Part shown: in pieces, positions 61,091 to 64,000 of the stretch
How the letters are laid out: the number at the start of each line of letters is the position of its first letter
Numbering within the stretch: position 1 is the first letter of the stretch
NCBI GenBank assembly: GCA_903856085.1
Contig: CAIOAT010000003.1
Location: forward strand, 173-64,172
Source of the DNA: Candidatus Omnitrophota bacterium
GTDB taxonomy: Bacteria; Omnitrophota; Omnitrophia; Omnitrophales; Aquincolibacteriaceae
DNA: 64,000 nt
Reading direction: 5' to 3'
Made by a program: the position numbers and the translations under genes
Notes under the pieces: model-generated
Seen by the model: the letters and a program-made list of their open reading frames with translations, nothing else
The model's database searches: none
Told to the model about the DNA's origin: nothing

Positions 61091-61660
61091 ATGGACGCTT
61101 CGTCGCAGAAAACCAAAAGCCTGGGAGCGGCACAAGGGACTTGCTGCTCCTGCCAGCCTTCCGAAGAAGAAATGCTCCGCAGTCTCGATGTAGTCATTGA
61201 CGGGTTCGCCAAGACCGAAGGCGCGCTGATTCCGATCCTCCAAACCGCTCAAAATCTTTTTGGTTATCTCCCCAAGAGCGTTCTCAAACACATCAGCCTC
61301 CAGCTCAAGATTCCCTACAGTGAAGTGACCGGCGTGGTTACTTTTTATTCATTTTTTTCAACTGTTCCCCGCGGCAAACATGTCGTGCGCGTTTGTCTTG
61401 GAACAGCCTGCTACGTTCGGGGGGGTGGGCAGGTACTGGACGCTTTGAGAAAGCGGCTGGCAATCAATGTGAACCAGACGACAGATGATCGTATGTTCAC
61501 TTTGGAAGTGGCGCGCTGTTTTGGCGCGTGCGGGCTGGCACCGACAATGTCTATCGACGATGTTGTCTTCAAGAGAGTTCGTCCGGGCAAGATCGCGGAA
61601 ATTATTGATGGGTTTTATTCTAAAGGCGAGAACGTGAAAGAGGGCGTGCGCCATGCCTGA
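61091..61660 (+). CDS. NuoE/HydC/StnC-like [2Fe-2S] thioredoxin-fold subunit
   Basis: CLGTACYVRGG…CFGACGLAPTMSIDD is the 24 kDa-subunit cluster motif. Confidence 0.8.
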   Translation: MDASSQKTKSLGAAQGTCCSCQPSEEEMLRSLDVVIDGFAKTEGALIPILQTAQNLFGYLPKSVLKHISLQLKIPYSEVTGVVTFYSFFSTVPRGKHVVRVCLGTACYVRGGGQVLDALRKRLAINVNQTTDDRMFTLEVARCFGACGLAPTMSIDDVVFKRVRPGKIAEIIDGFYSKGENVKEGVRHA

Positions 61661-64000
61661 TGACAAGATTCTTTCCTTAAGAGATCTAGAGCGCATCAAA
61701 CAGGGCGTGGCGGGTCTTTTGGCGGTTCGTGACGATACCACTATTGCTCCGGGGGATGGACGTTACCACGTCATGCTGTGTTTTGGCACGGGATGCATCT
61801 CGTCCGGTGTCCGTGAGGTCAAGGAAGCATTTTCCCGGGAGCTGGCAAAACGGAATTTGACGGAAAAGATCACGTTGGTCGAGACGGGTTGCAACGGCTT
61901 TTGCGCCGGTGGGCCCATCGTGGTGGTTTATCCAGGCGGTATTTTTTATAATAAAGTCGCGGCCGAAGACGCTGTGGAGATCGTGTCCGAACATCTTGCG
62001 GGCGGTCGGCCGGTGGAGCGATTGATGTTCCGCAATCCGGTTACCGGAGAGATCATCCCTCAGTATCAGCAAATCGAATTTTTTTCGCGGCAGAACCTGC
62101 GAGTGCTCCACAATAAAGGCCGTATCTCGGCCGAGAGCATCGAAGAGTATATTGGACGCGGCGGTTACTTCGCCCTAGCCAAGGCTCTAGGCGAAATGAC
62201 GCCCGAACAGATCATTGCGGAAGTCAAAGCCTCGGGGTTGCGCGGCCGTGGCGGTGCAGGATTTTTGACGGGTCTGAAGTGGGAATTTTGTCGCAAGGCC
62301 GCGGGAGATGTGAAATACGTGCTTTGTAATGCGGACGAAGGCGATCCTGGCGCTTTTATGGACCGGAGTTTGATCGAGTCCGACCCGCATGTGGTGCTTG
62401 AGGGAATGATCATTGCTGCGCGTGCCATTGGGGCGGCTCATGGCTACATTTACTGCAGGGCAGAATATCCGTTGGCTCTGGAGCGTCTTCATAATGGAAT
62501 TGAGGAGTGTCGACGACGAGGGCTTCTGGGTGGCGATATCCTTGGGTCCGGATTTTCATTTGATCTGACTATCTCGAAAGGCAGCGGGGCGTTTGTGTGC
62601 GGAGAAGAAACGGCACTCATGCGTTCGATCGAAGGCAAGCGTGGCGAGCCATCGCCACGGCCGCCATTTCCAGCGAACAAAGGCCTGTTTGGCAAGCCGT
62701 CGGTGCTAAACAATGTTGAAACGTTCGGGAATGTGCCGCTCATTATTCGCAATGGGGCGGTGTGGTACCGCAGCGTGGGGACAGAAAAATCGCCTGGGAC
62801 CAAGATTTTTGCGCTGACTGGAAAGGTCAGCAACGTCGGGCTCGTGGAAGTCAACATGGGAACACCGCTGGGAGATATCATCTATGATATTGGTGGCGGT
62901 ATCCCGAATGGGAAGCGTTTTAAGGCCGCACAGATTGGCGGTCCTTCCGGCGGTTGTATTCCCAAGGAACATTTGAATGTGCCCGTGGATTATGAAGCCA
63001 TTGCCACGCTTGGAGCGATCATGGGATCGGGTGGTCTTATCGTTATGGATGAGGACTCTTGCATGGTGGATATGGCGCGGTTTTTCCTGGAATTTATTCA
63101 GGAAGAATCGTGCGGAAAATGTGTTCCCTGCCGGGTTGGGACCAAGCGCATGCTCGAGATCCTGGAGCGTATTTGCAGAGGCGAAGGTGAGGAAGGGGAT
63201 ATTGAAAAATTAATCAAGTTGGGTAGCCAGATCAAAGAAACTTCGCTTTGCGGCCTTGGGCAAACGGCTCCGAATCCGGTGCTTTCCACGATCCGTCATT
63301 TCCGGAAGGAGTACGATCAGCATATTCGCGAACATCACTGCGAAGCCGGTGTTTGCCCTTCGTTGGTCCGTGCGCCCTGCCAGAGCGCGTGCCCGGCTGG
63401 TGTTGATGTTCCGGGGTTTGTGTCGCTTGTCGGCGAGAAACGTTATACCGAAGCTCTCAAGCTCCACCGGGAACGGAATCCTTTTGCCGCGGTTTGCGCG
63501 CGCGTTTGTTTTCATACGTGTGAAGATAAATGCCGGCGGGCAAGCCTCGATAATTCCGTATCGATCCGCGGGATCAAACGTTTCATGGTGGACCAGGAAG
63601 TTGTTATGCAGCTTCCCGAGATACGGCATAACGAGCAGAACGCTAACCGGAAGATTGCGATCATTGGCGGCGGACCGTCGGGACTTTCCTGCGCTTATTT
63701 TTTGGCAAGGCTCGGCTATCGTCCCACGGTCTTTGAGGCCGAGCCTCGTCCAGGCGGGATGCTGGTCCAAACGATCCCGGCTTATCGGTTGCCCCGGGAA
63801 ACGTTGGCGCGTGAAATACGGATGATCGAGCAATTAGGCGTGACGATTGAAACAAACAAACGTCTTGGAAAGGATTTTACGCTCCAAGCACTGCGTGACA
63901 AAAAGTATGACGCGATTTTTATCGGCATCGGAGCACCCGAGTCTTTTGGACTTGGAATCATGGGCGAGGATGCCGACGGGGTCGTTATGGCCCTTCCATT
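61653..64000 (+). CDS. NuoF/HydB-like flavoprotein fused to a GltD-like NAD(P)H oxidoreductase domain (3'-truncated by window edge); Stn/bifurcating-complex-like
   Basis: ATG overlaps the upstream stop (ATGCCTGA). The N-terminal extra [2Fe-2S] domain reads CFGTGC…CNGFCAGGP. NuoF FMN/NADH motifs are GLRGRGGAGFLTGLKWEF and ESCGKCVPCR. Two ferredoxin-type clusters read CPSLVRAPCQSACPAGV and CARVCFHTCEDKCRR. A GltD-like Rossmann domain, KIAIIGGGPSGLSCAYFLARLGYRPTVFEA, follows. The frame is still open at nt 64000. Confidence 0.8.
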   Translation, partial: MPDDKILSLRDLERIKQGVAGLLAVRDDTTIAPGDGRYHVMLCFGTGCISSGVREVKEAFSRELAKRNLTEKITLVETGCNGFCAGGPIVVVYPGGIFYNKVAAEDAVEIVSEHLAGGRPVERLMFRNPVTGEIIPQYQQIEFFSRQNLRVLHNKGRISAESIEEYIGRGGYFALAKALGEMTPEQIIAEVKASGLRGRGGAGFLTGLKWEFCRKAAGDVKYVLCNADEGDPGAFMDRSLIESDPHVVLEGMIIAARAIGAAHGYIYCRAEYPLALERLHNGIEECRRRGLLGGDILGSGFSFDLTISKGSGAFVCGEETALMRSIEGKRGEPSPRPPFPANKGLFGKPSVLNNVETFGNVPLIIRNGAVWYRSVGTEKSPGTKIFALTGKVSNVGLVEVNMGTPLGDIIYDIGGGIPNGKRFKAAQIGGPSGGCIPKEHLNVPVDYEAIATLGAIMGSGGLIVMDEDSCMVDMARFFLEFIQEESCGKCVPCRVGTKRMLEILERICRGEGEEGDIEKLIKLGSQIKETSLCGLGQTAPNPVLSTIRHFRKEYDQHIREHHCEAGVCPSLVRAPCQSACPAGVDVPGFVSLVGEKRYTEALKLHRERNPFAAVCARVCFHTCEDKCRRASLDNSVSIRGIKRFMVDQEVVMQLPEIRHNEQNANRKIAIIGGGPSGLSCAYFLARLGYRPTVFEAEPRPGGMLVQTIPAYRLPRETLAREIRMIEQLGVTIETNKRLGKDFTLQALRDKKYDAIFIGIGAPESFGLGIMGEDADGVVMALP

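Overview
This 64 kb window is a gene-dense chromosomal segment of roughly 55% GC, almost entirely + strand. It looks like a Gram-negative, probably anaerobic, bacterium. The Gram-negative inference rests on an LptF/G permease and a TPR-β-barrel outer-membrane protein. The anaerobic inference rests on NfnAB, a NuoE/NuoF-GltD complex and pyruvate phosphate dikinase.

Most of the window is housekeeping:
- aminoacyl-tRNA synthetases: hisS, aspS, glyQ, glyS, gltX, glnS
- DNA repair and recombination: uvrA, recO, xseA, xseB
- cofactor and isoprenoid synthesis: folK, panC, panD, nadX, nadK, dxs, ispA
- others: glgC, phoH/ybeY, rpsU, apt, comEA, comFC, ppdK, an RpoD-like sigma factor
- RNA genes: tRNA-Arg(CCT) and tRNA-Gln(CTG)

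Three things are not ordinary.

1. A giant exoprotein (1..4835) runs off the 5' window edge. It combines a TPS/filamentous-haemagglutinin N-terminal domain, about 20 RCC1 repeats and a C-terminal FecR domain.

2. The block 49459..57784 contains a tightly coupled synthase-dependent exopolysaccharide operon. Its genes, in order, are a TPR protein, a TPR-β-barrel porin, a QxxRW GT2 synthase, a GH26-like hydrolase and a stand-alone PilZ. A PIG-L deacetylase is transcribed divergently from the operon. The block is bracketed at both ends by paired small helical ExxH-type domain genes ('A' and 'B' types). At one end the pair is fused to a REC-YvcK/CofD protein, at the other to the PilZ c-di-GMP receptor. 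I regard this as a candidate undescribed two-component sensor module.

3. A redox locus at the 3' end holds nfnAB followed by a NuoE-like gene and a NuoF-GltD fusion (Sporomusa-type Nfn-like). A partial Rex-like operator lies upstream.

Intergenic regions also carry a modular repeat family. Its hairpin copies show compensatory base changes.

All calls are from reading the sequence and from remembered family motifs. No database searches were run.
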